Below are positions 9,276-19,175 of a stretch of 35,585 nt of DNA, piece by piece (position 1 is the stretch's first letter; each line of letters starts with the position of its first letter). This stretch comes from an uncultured Desulfovibrionales bacterium (GTDB taxonomy: Bacteria; Desulfobacterota; QYQD01): positions 1-35,585 of the forward strand of contig CAYSYZ010000004.1 in the NCBI GenBank assembly GCA_964435205.1. The letters are read 5' to 3'. The notes beneath the pieces are model-generated. The model had not been told where the DNA came from, did not search any database, and saw only the letters and a list, made by a program, of their open reading frames with translations. Both the position numbers and the translations under genes were made by a program.

Positions 9276-10124
9276 TCACCCCGGTATTTTTCTCTTCATT
9301 ATGTCCAACAATTCATAAGGGATCCGCAGATTCCCCCGCCCACTGCCCAATTCAATTCCGGGCTTATACGTCCCGTGATAATCAGTCCCTCCGGTAGCCA
9401 TAAGCCGATACTTATTACACAATCCTTGATAGTACCGTGTCTGCTCCAGGGTATGTTCGCTATAAAAAACCTCCAATCCTCTTAACCCCCAGGATTTCAA
9501 CTCGCGTACCATGGTGTCAAGCTGTCCGAAAGATTTGTTCAAGGAACCTGGGTGAGCCAGCACAGCCATCCCGCCAGCCTCTATAATGAGCCTAATAGCC
9601 TCAGACGGCGTAAAGCGGAATTTATCTACGTAAGCCGGCCGTCCCTTTTTCAGATAATTATCAAACGCCGCCTGCAAACTGGGAACATAGCCCTTCTGTA
9701 CCATTAATCTGGCAATATGCGGCCGACCAATCTGTCCATCCTCTGAGACGTTCAAAATCTCGTCATAGCCGATTTCCATACGCATTGAATGGAGTCTTTT
9801 AATTATCTCGTGATTACGTCTTTCGCGAGCATCCTGCAGCTTTTGGAGTGCCGCCACAAGCCCCGGAGAGGTATGGTCGATAAAATAACCCAGTATATGC
9901 ATGGAGCCGGATGTGATCTCCCCGCTGATCTCTACCCCGGGCACGACCTCAAAATTAAGCTCCTCTCCTTCCGCCAAGGCTTCACCTACGCCGTCTACGG
10001 TATCGTGGTCAGTAATGGCCACTGCCTTCAGGCCGATGGCTTGCGCCTTGTGTACCAGTTCTGCCGGAGTCAGACTCCCATCCGAGGCCGTCGAATGACA
10101 GTGAAGATCAATCAGATCGGCCAT
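9276..10124 (-). CDS. PHP-domain phosphoesterase (TrpH/YciV family)
   Basis: 282 aa starting MADLIDLHCHSTASDGS (PHP motif I), with further His/Asp motifs (ITDHD, HILGY, AHPG, GGTDYHG). The start overlaps the lon 3' end by 17 nt. Confidence 0.85.
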   Translation of the reverse strand: MADLIDLHCHSTASDGSLTPAELVHKAQAIGLKAVAITDHDTVDGVGEALAEGEELNFEVVPGVEISGEITSGSMHILGYFIDHTSPGLVAALQKLQDARERRNHEIIKRLHSMRMEIGYDEILNVSEDGQIGRPHIARLMVQKGYVPSLQAAFDNYLKKGRPAYVDKFRFTPSEAIRLIIEAGGMAVLAHPGSLNKSFGQLDTMVRELKSWGLRGLEVFYSEHTLEQTRYYQGLCNKYRLMATGGTDYHGTYKPGIELGSGRGNLRIPYELLDIMKRKIPG

Positions 10125-12489
10125 GACCTTTGCCCGATTTATGACTTTTTTTAATAAAGGCCACAGGGATAACGTCCTCCATCTTTGTTAGTAACTTGAA
10201 TTCCAACCCCCTCTTAATGTCCTCTGGAATCTCTTCGAGGTCTTTCTCGTTTCGCTTTGGCAGAATAATCGTCTTTATTCCCGCACGGCTAGCGGCTAAT
10301 ACCTTAGCCTTTATGCCGCCCACCGGCAGGATACGCCCCCGAAGCGTTATTTCCCCGGTCATAGCCACATGGCTATTGACGGGCTTGTTTGTAAGAAGAG
10401 ATACAAGCGCCGTAAAAATAGCTATCCCTGCGGAAGGCCCATCTTTCGGGATGGCGCCGGCAGGCACATGAATGTGTATATCATTTTTTTCAAAAAAGTC
10501 CTCATCGATTCCCAGACCTTTACTCTTCGAGCGGACAAAACTCAAGGCTGTCTCAGCCGATTCTTTCATGACCTCACCCAGCTTCCCGGTGAGTAATAAT
10601 CGCCCCTGCCCTTTCATTTTGGTAGCCTCAATAAATAGAATCTCGCCACCAGACTGCGTCCATGCCAGCCCGGTAGCCACGCCGGCCACCGCCGTACGAT
10701 CAGCAACTTCCAGGTAAAATTGTGGCGGACCGAGAAACTCCGGTACTGCAGCAACATCTACCACAAATCTTTCTATCTCACCGGCAGCTACCTTCTTAGC
10801 TATGCCGCGGCAAATGGCCGCCACTTCCCGTTCCAGATTCCTCAAACCCGCTTCGCGGGTGTACTCGCGCATAATCTTTTGTATGGCTTTCTTTTCGAAA
10901 CGCACCTGATTACGCTTTAGACCGTGCTCGCCTAGCTGCTTGGGTACGAGGTATTTCTGCGCTATTTTCATTTTCTCCTCATCGGTATAACCGGGAAGTT
11001 CCAGGACTTCCATACGGTCAAGAAGCGCCGGTGGAATAGTGTCCAGTAAGTTGGCGGTCATAATGAACATGACCCTGGAAAGGTCAAACGGAACATCCAG
11101 GTAGTGGTCAGAAAAGGTATTATTTTGCTCGGGGTCCAGCACCTCCAGAAGGGCTGAAGAAGGATCGCCCCGGAAATCAGCACCGAGTTTGTCTAGTTCA
11201 TCCATGACAAAAACGGGATTATTAGAACCGGCCCTGCGTATACCCTGGATAATCCGGCCAGGCAATGCCCCGATATAGGTTCTCCTATGGCCACGGATCT
11301 CGGCCTCATCACGCACACCACCCAAAGATATACGTACAAACTTTCTGCCCAGAGCCCTGGCTACCGACCGTCCCAGGGAGGTCTTACCGGTACCAGGCGG
11401 TCCAACAAAGCAAAGGATAGGACCTTTCATGTCGGGCTTCAGCTTGCGCACTGCCAGGTATTCAATAATACGCTTTTTAACCTTCTCCAGATCGTAATGC
11501 TCTTTGTCCAGTATCGTCTGAGCGGTAGCTATGTCCAGACAATCCTCTGTGCTTTCAGTCCAGGGCAAATCCAGAATCCAGTCCAGATACGTCCGGGCAA
11601 CGGTGTATTCAGCAGAAGAAGGGTGCATCTTGGCCAGACGCCCCAGCTCACGCATGGCTTCCTTGTGTGCTACTTCCGGGAGATTCTTTTTCTCTATTCT
11701 GCCGCGTAATTCAGCCGCTTCTTCCGTCTCTTCTCTTTCGCCTAACTCCTTTTGGATAGCTTTTAGCTGTTCCCGCAAATAATATTCCCGCTGAGTTTTA
11801 TCGATCTCCCCTTTGACCTGCGTCTGGATTTTCCGACCCAACTCCACAATCTCCGCTTGCTGTGTAACCAGTCGAGTTACCTTCTCCAGTCTGGTTTTGA
11901 CATCCAGGGTCTCCAGTATATCCTGACGCTCAGGTATAGAAATATTAAGGCTGGAAGCAACCATATCCGCCAGGATTCCCGGATCTTCGATATTCAGGGC
12001 AATAGTACCCAATTCTGAGGGAATATGAGGGCTCAGCTCCAGGACCTTTTGGAAAAGGCCGCGCAGGTTGTAAATAAGGGCCTCGACCTCCTTATCTCTA
12101 ACCACTTTATCAGATAGCCGTTCCATTCTGGCCTTCATATATGGTTCCGTTGCCGTTATGTCTATATTCCTCACGCGGGCAACTCCCTGCACCAGCATGC
12201 GTACATGGTTCTCCTGCACCTTAGTCATACGCAGGATTTGCGCCGCGGTTCCTGTAACATACAATTCTCCCTTCGGTTCGGCTTTTGTGGTAAATATGGC
12301 GACCAGGCGATCACTGGAAAGAGCATCATCAATGAGCTGGACTAATTTCTTATCTGATATGGCCAGGGGAATCACCATCTGGGGGAAAAGGACCGCATCG
12401 TCCACCGGAATTATAGGCAATTCCTCGGGCAACTTACCGCTCTCATTTTTTACCTCTTCTGCCTTCACCTCTTCCTTCTTCTCATTCAT
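10108..12489 (-). CDS. lon: ATP-dependent protease Lon (LonA)
   Basis: 793 aa with a Lon N-domain, Walker A GPPGTGKTS, Walker B VFVMDELDK and the protease catalytic-site PKDGPSAG. Confidence 0.95.
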   Translation of the reverse strand: MNEKKEEVKAEEVKNESGKLPEELPIIPVDDAVLFPQMVIPLAISDKKLVQLIDDALSSDRLVAIFTTKAEPKGELYVTGTAAQILRMTKVQENHVRMLVQGVARVRNIDITATEPYMKARMERLSDKVVRDKEVEALIYNLRGLFQKVLELSPHIPSELGTIALNIEDPGILADMVASSLNISIPERQDILETLDVKTRLEKVTRLVTQQAEIVELGRKIQTQVKGEIDKTQREYYLREQLKAIQKELGEREETEEAAELRGRIEKKNLPEVAHKEAMRELGRLAKMHPSSAEYTVARTYLDWILDLPWTESTEDCLDIATAQTILDKEHYDLEKVKKRIIEYLAVRKLKPDMKGPILCFVGPPGTGKTSLGRSVARALGRKFVRISLGGVRDEAEIRGHRRTYIGALPGRIIQGIRRAGSNNPVFVMDELDKLGADFRGDPSSALLEVLDPEQNNTFSDHYLDVPFDLSRVMFIMTANLLDTIPPALLDRMEVLELPGYTDEEKMKIAQKYLVPKQLGEHGLKRNQVRFEKKAIQKIMREYTREAGLRNLEREVAAICRGIAKKVAAGEIERFVVDVAAVPEFLGPPQFYLEVADRTAVAGVATGLAWTQSGGEILFIEATKMKGQGRLLLTGKLGEVMKESAETALSFVRSKSKGLGIDEDFFEKNDIHIHVPAGAIPKDGPSAGIAIFTALVSLLTNKPVNSHVAMTGEITLRGRILPVGGIKAKVLAASRAGIKTIILPKRNEKDLEEIPEDIKRGLEFKLLTKMEDVIPVAFIKKSHKSGKGHGRSD

Positions 12490-12527
12490 GGGCGATAATT
12501 ACTCCTCTAGGGTTAATCGATATAAGT

Positions 12528-12968
12528 CTATGCAATCTCCACTCGATAGGTCTTTTTGTAACCGCTTTTAGGCAATGTTATGCACAGCAAGCCGTTTTTA
12601 TAAGAAGCCATGGCTCCATCACTTTGTACAGGCACGGGTAGCTGTAAAACCCGCTCAAAGGTCCCATAGGATATTTCCATCTGGTGAAATTTTTTTTGCT
12701 CAGAGCCGCTCCAACCTTCGCGCAAACCAGCGATTCGGATCAGATCCTGGTGTAAAGTTATATCTAGGCCATCCTGGTTTACCCCAGCCACGTCAACCAA
12801 AATCACAATCTCTTTCTCGGTCTCGTAAATGTCAACTGCTGGTACCCAGCCTCGGCTGGGCGTTATTATGCCTAGCCCCGCCGTCTTGAACGCATCTGCC
12901 ATCATTTTGACCATGTTACGGTGGATATCTTGCAACACTTTGCTAGATCGGATGGTAATAATTGCCAT
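12528..12968 (-). CDS. Small heat-shock protein, Hsp20/alpha-crystallin family
   Basis: 146 aa with an alpha-crystallin domain pattern (PAVDIYETEKEIVILVDVAGV ... SYGTFERVLQLP ... ASYKNGLLCITLPK). AAGGAGG RBS upstream. Confidence 0.9.
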   Translation of the reverse strand: MAIITIRSSKVLQDIHRNMVKMMADAFKTAGLGIITPSRGWVPAVDIYETEKEIVILVDVAGVNQDGLDITLHQDLIRIAGLREGWSGSEQKKFHQMEISYGTFERVLQLPVPVQSDGAMASYKNGLLCITLPKSGYKKTYRVEIA

Positions 12969-13227
12969 ATTGCCTCCTTGGCCAATAGTATCCCTGCTAG
13001 TCTAGATCAATAGTCATTTCCGGCCAAATGTCAAGTTACCAGTGGCCTCAAGCCAGCCAAACCATGGAAGATGTCCGCCCGAAGCTACTTGCATACGGCC
13101 TGATAACATAACTTGTTTTCTCATGATAGGTCATTATATCGGGTCAGACAATAAAAATAACGAATCCCCCGAGCATTACGGAAGTGCTTTAAGCTTTAAA
13201 CAATTACCCTCTTCTGGCCGGAATTTC

Positions 13228-13257
13228 TTGACACCGCCATGGGCATCCCGATAGAAT
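13228..13257 (+). promoter_or_regulatory. Sigma70-like promoter for the deacetylase gene
   Basis: TTGACA (13228-13233), 18-nt spacer, TAGAAT (13252-13257), 23 nt before the ATG at 13281. Confidence 0.5.
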
Positions 13258-13280
13258 GTTTCAAAAATTAGCCAGCCAAC

Positions 13281-14414
13281 ATGCATCCCACAACCGCTTT
13301 TGTCTACACAGACGCGTATACTCGCTACGATTACGGATCAGCTCATCCCTTGCGCATGGAAAGACTGGCCCTAACGTACGAATTAATAAAAGCGTACCGC
13401 CTTATTGAACTCCCTTCGAGCATCTTTGTCGAGACAGAGGCCGCATCAGAAGACGCCATATTGCTCTTCCATGATAAGACCTACGTAGACATCCTAAAAA
13501 AACTTAATAGCGGTGAGTGGATGCCAAACATCTCTGGTTTTGGTCTGGGGCCAGGTGACAACCCGATTTTCAAAGGGCTTTGGGACTGGTCCCTCTTGTC
13601 AACCGGAGCTTCTTTGGAATGCGGAAAGCTAGTGCTCAATGGCAAGGTAAACATTGCCTTCAACATCGCGGGTGGCCTGCATCACGCGCTTCCAGCGCGA
13701 GCCTCAGGCTTTTGTTACATCAATGATCCGGCAGTCCTCATACACTATATGCTGAAAAAAGGAAAAAGGGTGGCCTACGTAGATATCGACGCTCATCACA
13801 GTGATGGGGTTCAGTACGCCTTCGAAGATACAAAGCAAGTCCTGACCATATCGCTCCACGAAAGCGGAAAAACCTTATTCCCTGGTACAGGTTATGCTAC
13901 AGAGATCGGTCAAGGTGAAGGCGTTGGGTACACGGTGAATATCCCACTTTGGCCATGGACAGATGACGAAGTTTTCCTGTATGCCTTTGAAGAAGTGGTC
14001 CCACCCCTTGTCCGGGCCTTTGAGCCAGACGTCCTGGTCACACAGCTCGGCGTAGATGCACTAAGGCTGGACCCGCTTGCTAATATGGCCCTATCCATAA
14101 ATGTTTTTTTAAAGGCGGTGTCATATTTTAAAGACATGGGCCTCCCCTGGATAGCAGTAGGCGGTGGCGGCTATAATGTCATAAACGTGGCCCGTGCCTG
14201 GACAGCAGCATGGGCAATCATGAATGACGTGACATTGGGCGATAACCTCCCCCCTTCCTTTGTAGATAAGATAATGAAAATGGGCTATAAGGAGACACGA
14301 CTGACAGATGAGCCCTTCTGCTCACCGGAAAATGAAAAAAAGAGAGCCATGATCGAGGCAGAAAAGGCCATTCGGACGGTAAAAGAGTTAATTTTTCCTA
14401 TTCACGGGCTATAA
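13281..14414 (+). CDS. Histone deacetylase-family enzyme (AcuC / acetoin utilisation-type deacetylase)
   Basis: 377 aa with class I HDAC signatures (GGLHHA, YVDIDAHHSDG, GGGGYN). Confidence 0.85.
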   Translation: MHPTTAFVYTDAYTRYDYGSAHPLRMERLALTYELIKAYRLIELPSSIFVETEAASEDAILLFHDKTYVDILKKLNSGEWMPNISGFGLGPGDNPIFKGLWDWSLLSTGASLECGKLVLNGKVNIAFNIAGGLHHALPARASGFCYINDPAVLIHYMLKKGKRVAYVDIDAHHSDGVQYAFEDTKQVLTISLHESGKTLFPGTGYATEIGQGEGVGYTVNIPLWPWTDDEVFLYAFEEVVPPLVRAFEPDVLVTQLGVDALRLDPLANMALSINVFLKAVSYFKDMGLPWIAVGGGGYNVINVARAWTAAWAIMNDVTLGDNLPPSFVDKIMKMGYKETRLTDEPFCSPENEKKRAMIEAEKAIRTVKELIFPIHGL

Positions 14415-14471
14415 TATAAAATTTTGGACCCGAATCACAGTAATTTCAGAATATTGGTTTCTGGGTGTTAA

Positions 14472-15743
14472 ATGCCGGCAGTTGAGACAATTCTGATTCT
14501 ATTAATTATTCTACTGACCATCGGAGTCGGAGCTGTATTTTTTTTATTCCGGGAAGTACGTACATTAAAAGAAAAGGCCCCGGCCACGTCCCTCCTTCAG
14601 GAGCAGTTGCTGGAGATTGTGCGGCAGATGGGCTATATGCGGGACCAGCAGGCACATGGCCAGGTCACGCAGTTAGAAACCATGCAGAATCAATTTGCCA
14701 CCATGGTGGGCACCTTCAATACACAACTTGGCGAATTGACCGCACAACTCAGCCTGGGACAGGGAGAGACGTTAAAAAACCTAAATCAACGTTTAGAGCA
14801 GGCTACACGTACCCTGAACGAACAGTTGGCACGCATGCTTCAAAACATGAATGAACAGCTTTCCCAGACCCAGGGAAACATTGGTCAACAGTTGCAAGGG
14901 ACAAGTGAAGTAATATCCAGGGTTCAGTTACGCCTAGGCGAACTTTTTGAGACAGCCAGGCACATGCAAGAGCTAGGCAAAGACATCAGCCAGTTACAAG
15001 ATATCCTCAAAGCCCCCAAACTGCGTGGAGGAATTGGCGAATATCTTCTGGAAGACCTTCTGGCCCAGATATTGCCACAGCGCAACTACGAAACCCAATA
15101 TGCTTTCAGGTCTGGGGAAAGGGTGGACGTCCTGATCCGGTTAGGGAATAACACTGTACCGGTGGACGCCAAATTTCCATTGGAAAGTTTTGGCCGTTTG
15201 CGCCAGGCTCCAACCGAAATGGAACGTAAAAAAGCCAAAAGGGAATTTACGGCCACAGTAAAGGCAAGGATAGATGAAATTGCGCGGAAATATATAAGAC
15301 CCGAAGAAGGCACCTATGACTTCGCCCTTATGTATATCCCGGCGGAAAACATCTTTTATGAAATAATTGTAAAGGATGAACAGTGGGGCGAAGAGAAGTC
15401 AATTGCCTCTTATGCCCTGGAAAGACATGTCGTCCCTGTTTCTCCCAATAGTTTTTATGCCTATCTCATGGCCATTGCCTTTGGCTTGAAGGGCTTTCAC
15501 ATTGAAAAACAGGCCCAAGAGATACGGGGTGAGCTTGGTGAACTTCAGAAACTATTTGGTACTTTTTATGAACATTTTACCGCCGTAGGTCGAAACATCG
15601 ACCTTGCACAGCGTAAATATGAAGAGTCCCGTAAGCGTGCAGAAAAGATACATGATCAGATGTCCCATATAACCGGTCAAGCCTTGCAGTTGGAAACAGA
15701 CAAGATACTGCCTCCGCCTGAGGAGAAAAAAAATGATATTTAG
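14472..15743 (+). CDS. rmuC: DNA recombination protein RmuC
   Basis: 423 aa with an N-terminal TM helix, a long Q-rich coiled coil and a C-terminal RmuC nuclease-like region (RGGIGEYLLEDLL, VDAKFPLE, MYIPAENIFYE). Confidence 0.8.
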   Translation: MPAVETILILLIILLTIGVGAVFFLFREVRTLKEKAPATSLLQEQLLEIVRQMGYMRDQQAHGQVTQLETMQNQFATMVGTFNTQLGELTAQLSLGQGETLKNLNQRLEQATRTLNEQLARMLQNMNEQLSQTQGNIGQQLQGTSEVISRVQLRLGELFETARHMQELGKDISQLQDILKAPKLRGGIGEYLLEDLLAQILPQRNYETQYAFRSGERVDVLIRLGNNTVPVDAKFPLESFGRLRQAPTEMERKKAKREFTATVKARIDEIARKYIRPEEGTYDFALMYIPAENIFYEIIVKDEQWGEEKSIASYALERHVVPVSPNSFYAYLMAIAFGLKGFHIEKQAQEIRGELGELQKLFGTFYEHFTAVGRNIDLAQRKYEESRKRAEKIHDQMSHITGQALQLETDKILPPPEEKKNDI

Positions 15744-16404
15744 TCCCTGTGCCTTAGTCTTTCTATTGTTGTTTTTGGGGATTATCATTCTGCTTTTTGC
15801 CTTTCTCCAGATCGGACTTATTACCTATGCCTTCAACAAAGTAGGCATAGCACCGCAAAACATGCTGTTTCTGCTTGTCATCACCCTACTTGGGAGCTTC
15901 ATCAACATTCCATTAAGGAAAATAAAGGGAACTTATGTGGCCGCGGGTGGCACGGTAAGTTTTTTTGGCATCCGTTACCGGGTGCCGCCCGTCCGCTATC
16001 AACGAACAACTATACTTTCGGTTAATGTAGGCGGGGCACTGATTCCAGTGACTTTGTCCATCTATCTTTTAATTAAATTTGCCCTGTTTCTTTCCTCGTT
16101 TATTGGAATAGCCGCAGTAACCATTGTGTCTTACAAAATGGCCCGACCAATTAAAGGCATAGGGATTGGCATACCTCTGTTCATTCCGCCGCTTCTAGCA
16201 GCTATTTGTGGTCTTCTCTTATCAGCAGATCACGCCCCGGTCGTGGCCTACATTTCGGGCAGTCTGGGAACATTACTCGGGGCTGACCTTCTACATCTAA
16301 AACAAATCCCGAACCTTGGTGCACCTGTAGCCTCTATCGGCGGAGCAGGAACGTTCGATGGTATCTTCCTGACCGGTATTATTGCTGTGCTCCTGGCCGT
16401 ATAG
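15733..16404 (+). CDS. DUF1614-family integral membrane protein
   Basis: 223 aa, strongly hydrophobic multi-pass. Overlaps the rmuC stop by 11 nt. Confidence 0.65.
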   Translation: MIFSPCALVFLLLFLGIIILLFAFLQIGLITYAFNKVGIAPQNMLFLLVITLLGSFINIPLRKIKGTYVAAGGTVSFFGIRYRVPPVRYQRTTILSVNVGGALIPVTLSIYLLIKFALFLSSFIGIAAVTIVSYKMARPIKGIGIGIPLFIPPLLAAICGLLLSADHAPVVAYISGSLGTLLGADLLHLKQIPNLGAPVASIGGAGTFDGIFLTGIIAVLLAV

Positions 16405-16480
16405 GCTTTTCTGGAACTCCTGAGTTAAAAACGGCGATTAGCTACGATTATTCAGATCGGTCTATTATGCGGGGATAGCC

Positions 16481-16525
16481 AGAAAGGGCCGAAATGGCTG
16501 TTTCTCTGCCATTTCGGCCCTTTCT
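16481..16525. terminator. Strong hairpin terminator shared by the convergent DUF1614 and csp genes
   Basis: Perfect 17-bp stem AGAAAGGGCCGAAATGG / CCATTTCGGCCCTTTCT with an 11-nt loop. On the plus strand it is followed by TTATCTTTTT. It lies 10 nt beyond the csp stop on the minus strand. Confidence 0.8.
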
Positions 16526-16534
16526 TTATCTTTT

Positions 16535-16741
16535 TCATTCACTAACTACATCTACATTGACGGCCTGAGGCCCCTTGGGACCATCCTGGATCTCAAACGT
16601 TACCCTCTGCCCCTCACGTAGGGTCTTAAACCCCTTGCCCTGGACAGCAGAATAGTGCACGAAGACGTCTGAACCTCCATCCTGTTCAATGAAACCAAAC
16701 CCTCTTTTTTCATTGAACCACTTCACTTTCCCTTCCGGCAT
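16535..16741 (-). CDS. Cold-shock protein (CspA family, CSD)
   Basis: [33 protein letters not shown] carries the RNP1 (KGFGFI-like) and RNP2 (VFVHY) motifs. Start set at the internal ATG (16741), preceded by AGGAGG (rc of 16751-16756). The ORF-track extension to 16783 was rejected. Confidence 0.9.
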   Translation of the reverse strand: MPEGKVKWFNEKRGFGFIEQDGGSDVFVHYSAVQGKGFKTLREGQRVTFEIQDGPKGPQAVNVDVVSE

Positions 16742-16813
16742 AAACCAAAACCTCCTTTCTACTACCAAACAAAAATGAAACACTTCTCCTTGGGTAAAGC
16801 AGGCAGGACTTCA

Positions 16814-16854
16814 CAAAAAAACCACCCTCGGTCCAATATCGACCCAGGGTGGTT
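16814..16854 (-). terminator. Intrinsic-terminator-like hairpin plus U-tract inside the csp upstream leader (attenuator or 3' end of a small RNA)
   Basis: The minus strand reads AACCACCCTGGGTCGATATTGGACCGAGGGTGGTTTTTTTTG. It has a 9-bp outer stem plus a 4-bp inner stem followed by 8 T. It sits 73-113 nt upstream of the csp ATG, and no gene lies upstream on that strand. Confidence 0.6.
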
Positions 16855-17075
16855 AATTGTATACGACTTCCACAACCAAAAGCTTATTCCCAAGATAAAT
16901 TAGTGCCACGTTAACGATTACTGAATATTCTGTCAAGCTTTTTCAAACTAACTCGCTAATTTCTTTTCACAGTATTGATACCGGTCATGGACATAATAAG
17001 TTCACTGTTGTTTTTTTTAGTAGGCGGTATTATAAACAGAACCTAAATAGTTCTTAAGATTAAGGGGCTTATTCG

Positions 17076-18446
17076 TTGCCAATGATTCATAAATACTTAC
17101 AAAAGCTTCATCATGCCCACATCCTGATCTTAAGCTTCTTGGTGGTGGATCTTATTGGAACGAGTATTCTCTATTTACCCATATCGCACGCTAACCGTCC
17201 CATCTCCCCCGTTGACGCCCTCTTTACCTCCACCTCCGCACTTTGTGTGACTGGCCTGACGGTGGTGGATACAACAAAGTTTTTCAGTACTTTCGGGCAA
17301 ATGGTTATCCTTACGCTGATTCAGATAGGCGGACTGGGTGTTATGACCTTTTCTGTTTTCTTATTCCTTTCTATGGGGCATGGAATAAGTGTGCGGGGTC
17401 GTTGGTTGATGCAAGAATCCTTCATGTCAACACCAATCGGAGACATACGCACCCTGATAAAGTCCATCTTCGTTTTTACCCTTCTTGTAGAGGGGGCATC
17501 TGCGATTCTTCTTGCCCTGTTCTTCTGGAGGGACCACCCTTTTCCGACAGCCCTGTACCATGGCTGCTTTCACTCCATATCCGCTTTCTGCAATGCGGGT
17601 TTTTCCACTTTTAGCAACAACCTGGCAGGCTACAGCACTCATGTCGGCGTTAACCTAACCATATGTGCGAATATAATTATTGGCGGGATAGGATTTCCGG
17701 TTATTTACGAACTTTATCAGCGAAAAGGGTCCTCTTCCCAAAGAAGGTCCCTTTCCCTTCACACCCGTATCATTATCATCACGACCGGCATACTGATTTT
17801 AGTTGGAGGGCTGCTCTTCTGGACATTCGAGTCTGACAATATCCTGGCTCACCGCCCATTCCATGAAAAGTGCCTTATCAGCTTTTTCCAATCCGTAACG
17901 CCTCGAACCGCCGGTTTTAATACGGTTGACATTGGCTCCCTCACAGACAGCTGTCTCTACGTAATCCTCCTGCTCATGTTTATCGGAGCTTCACCTGGAT
18001 CGACAGGCGGCGGCATCAAAACTACTACTCTGGCCATACTAACAGCCCTCGTCTGGAACAGATTGCGTGGAAAACCGAACGTCCACATCTTCAAGAGAAC
18101 GATCCCCTACGAAATTGTCATAAAGAGTTTTTCACTGTATATGCTCTCGATATTCATTATCCTAACCATCCACATGCTCATGTTTTTCAGTGAAATTTCA
18201 TCCCCCGGCTTTCAGCATGAAAGGAGTCACTTTCTTACGTACCTTTTTGATACGGTGTCTGCCTTTGGTACGGTTGGACTATCCATGGGCATTACCCCAT
18301 TCCTCAATAGTGTAAATAAGGTGCTTTTAAGTATCCTGATGCTTATGGGCCGGGTAGGGATCTTGACCTTTGCCTATGCCCTGACCAGAAAAGAAACGCC
18401 TGAATTGGAGTTTCGTTATTCAGAAGAGAAGGTTATGATTGGCTAG
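17076..18446 (+). CDS. trkH: TrkH/KtrB-family potassium uptake membrane subunit
   Basis: 456 aa, multi-pass, with repeated selectivity-filter-like segments (TGLT, GGLG, TAGF, GGGIKTTT). A TTG start at 17076 has better RBS spacing (GGGG 8 nt upstream) than the ATG at 17082. Confidence 0.85.
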   Translation: MPMIHKYLQKLHHAHILILSFLVVDLIGTSILYLPISHANRPISPVDALFTSTSALCVTGLTVVDTTKFFSTFGQMVILTLIQIGGLGVMTFSVFLFLSMGHGISVRGRWLMQESFMSTPIGDIRTLIKSIFVFTLLVEGASAILLALFFWRDHPFPTALYHGCFHSISAFCNAGFSTFSNNLAGYSTHVGVNLTICANIIIGGIGFPVIYELYQRKGSSSQRRSLSLHTRIIIITTGILILVGGLLFWTFESDNILAHRPFHEKCLISFFQSVTPRTAGFNTVDIGSLTDSCLYVILLLMFIGASPGSTGGGIKTTTLAILTALVWNRLRGKPNVHIFKRTIPYEIVIKSFSLYMLSIFIILTIHMLMFFSEISSPGFQHERSHFLTYLFDTVSAFGTVGLSMGITPFLNSVNKVLLSILMLMGRVGILTFAYALTRKETPELEFRYSEEKVMIG

Positions 18447-18458
18447 AAGGAGCATCAC

Positions 18459-19115
18459 ATGAAAAAGTATGCGGTGATCGGCCTTGGCATTTTTGGCTTT
18501 CACCTGGCCAAGACCTTGTTTGAAGATGGACACGAGGTCATAGCCATCGACAAAGACAAGGAGCGCGTCCAGAGAATTCAGCCGTTTTGCACCCAGGCCG
18601 TGGTCACGGACGCCACACAGAAGGAAGTCTTAAAGACTCTGGGGATAGACCAGATGGATGCAGTGCTGATCAGTACCGGTGAACAAATCGCGCACAGCAT
18701 CCTCATCACCCTTTATCTTAAAGAGCTAAGGGTGAAAAACATCTTGGTAAAAGCAGTTAATGAGGACCATGGCAAGATATTGGAACGGCTAGGAGCCACC
18801 GAGGTGATCTACCCGGAAAGGGAGATGGCCATAAAGGCGGCAAGAGGTCTCTCTACGCCTAACATCCTGGACTTTATTCCCATGGTAGAAAACTACACCC
18901 TGGTAGAGCTGGCCCCTCCAAATTCCTTCATTGGGAAGACATTAAGCGGTCTCGACCTGAGAGTAAAACATAATGTTTACGTGATAGCAGTAAAAGAAGT
19001 CCTTACTGATAACTTTATCCTCGTCCCACCGGCCGATTTTGTAGTAAAAGATAGCGATATACTTTTTGTCATTGGCCACAAAGACGAAATTGCCAAACTG
19101 GAGAAGCTAAAGTAG
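18459..19115 (+). CDS. trkA: TrkA/KtrA-family potassium uptake regulatory subunit (RCK N + C domains)
   Basis: 218 aa with an N-terminal Rossmann GxGxxG (IGLGIFG), a C-terminal TrkA-C pattern and an AGGAG RBS. Confidence 0.85.
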   Translation: MKKYAVIGLGIFGFHLAKTLFEDGHEVIAIDKDKERVQRIQPFCTQAVVTDATQKEVLKTLGIDQMDAVLISTGEQIAHSILITLYLKELRVKNILVKAVNEDHGKILERLGATEVIYPEREMAIKAARGLSTPNILDFIPMVENYTLVELAPPNSFIGKTLSGLDLRVKHNVYVIAVKEVLTDNFILVPPADFVVKDSDILFVIGHKDEIAKLEKLK

Positions 19116-19175
19116 GCACAAATTGACATAATCAGCTCGTTCTGTTAACTTTTCTCGCAATAATGATTTAAAGTT

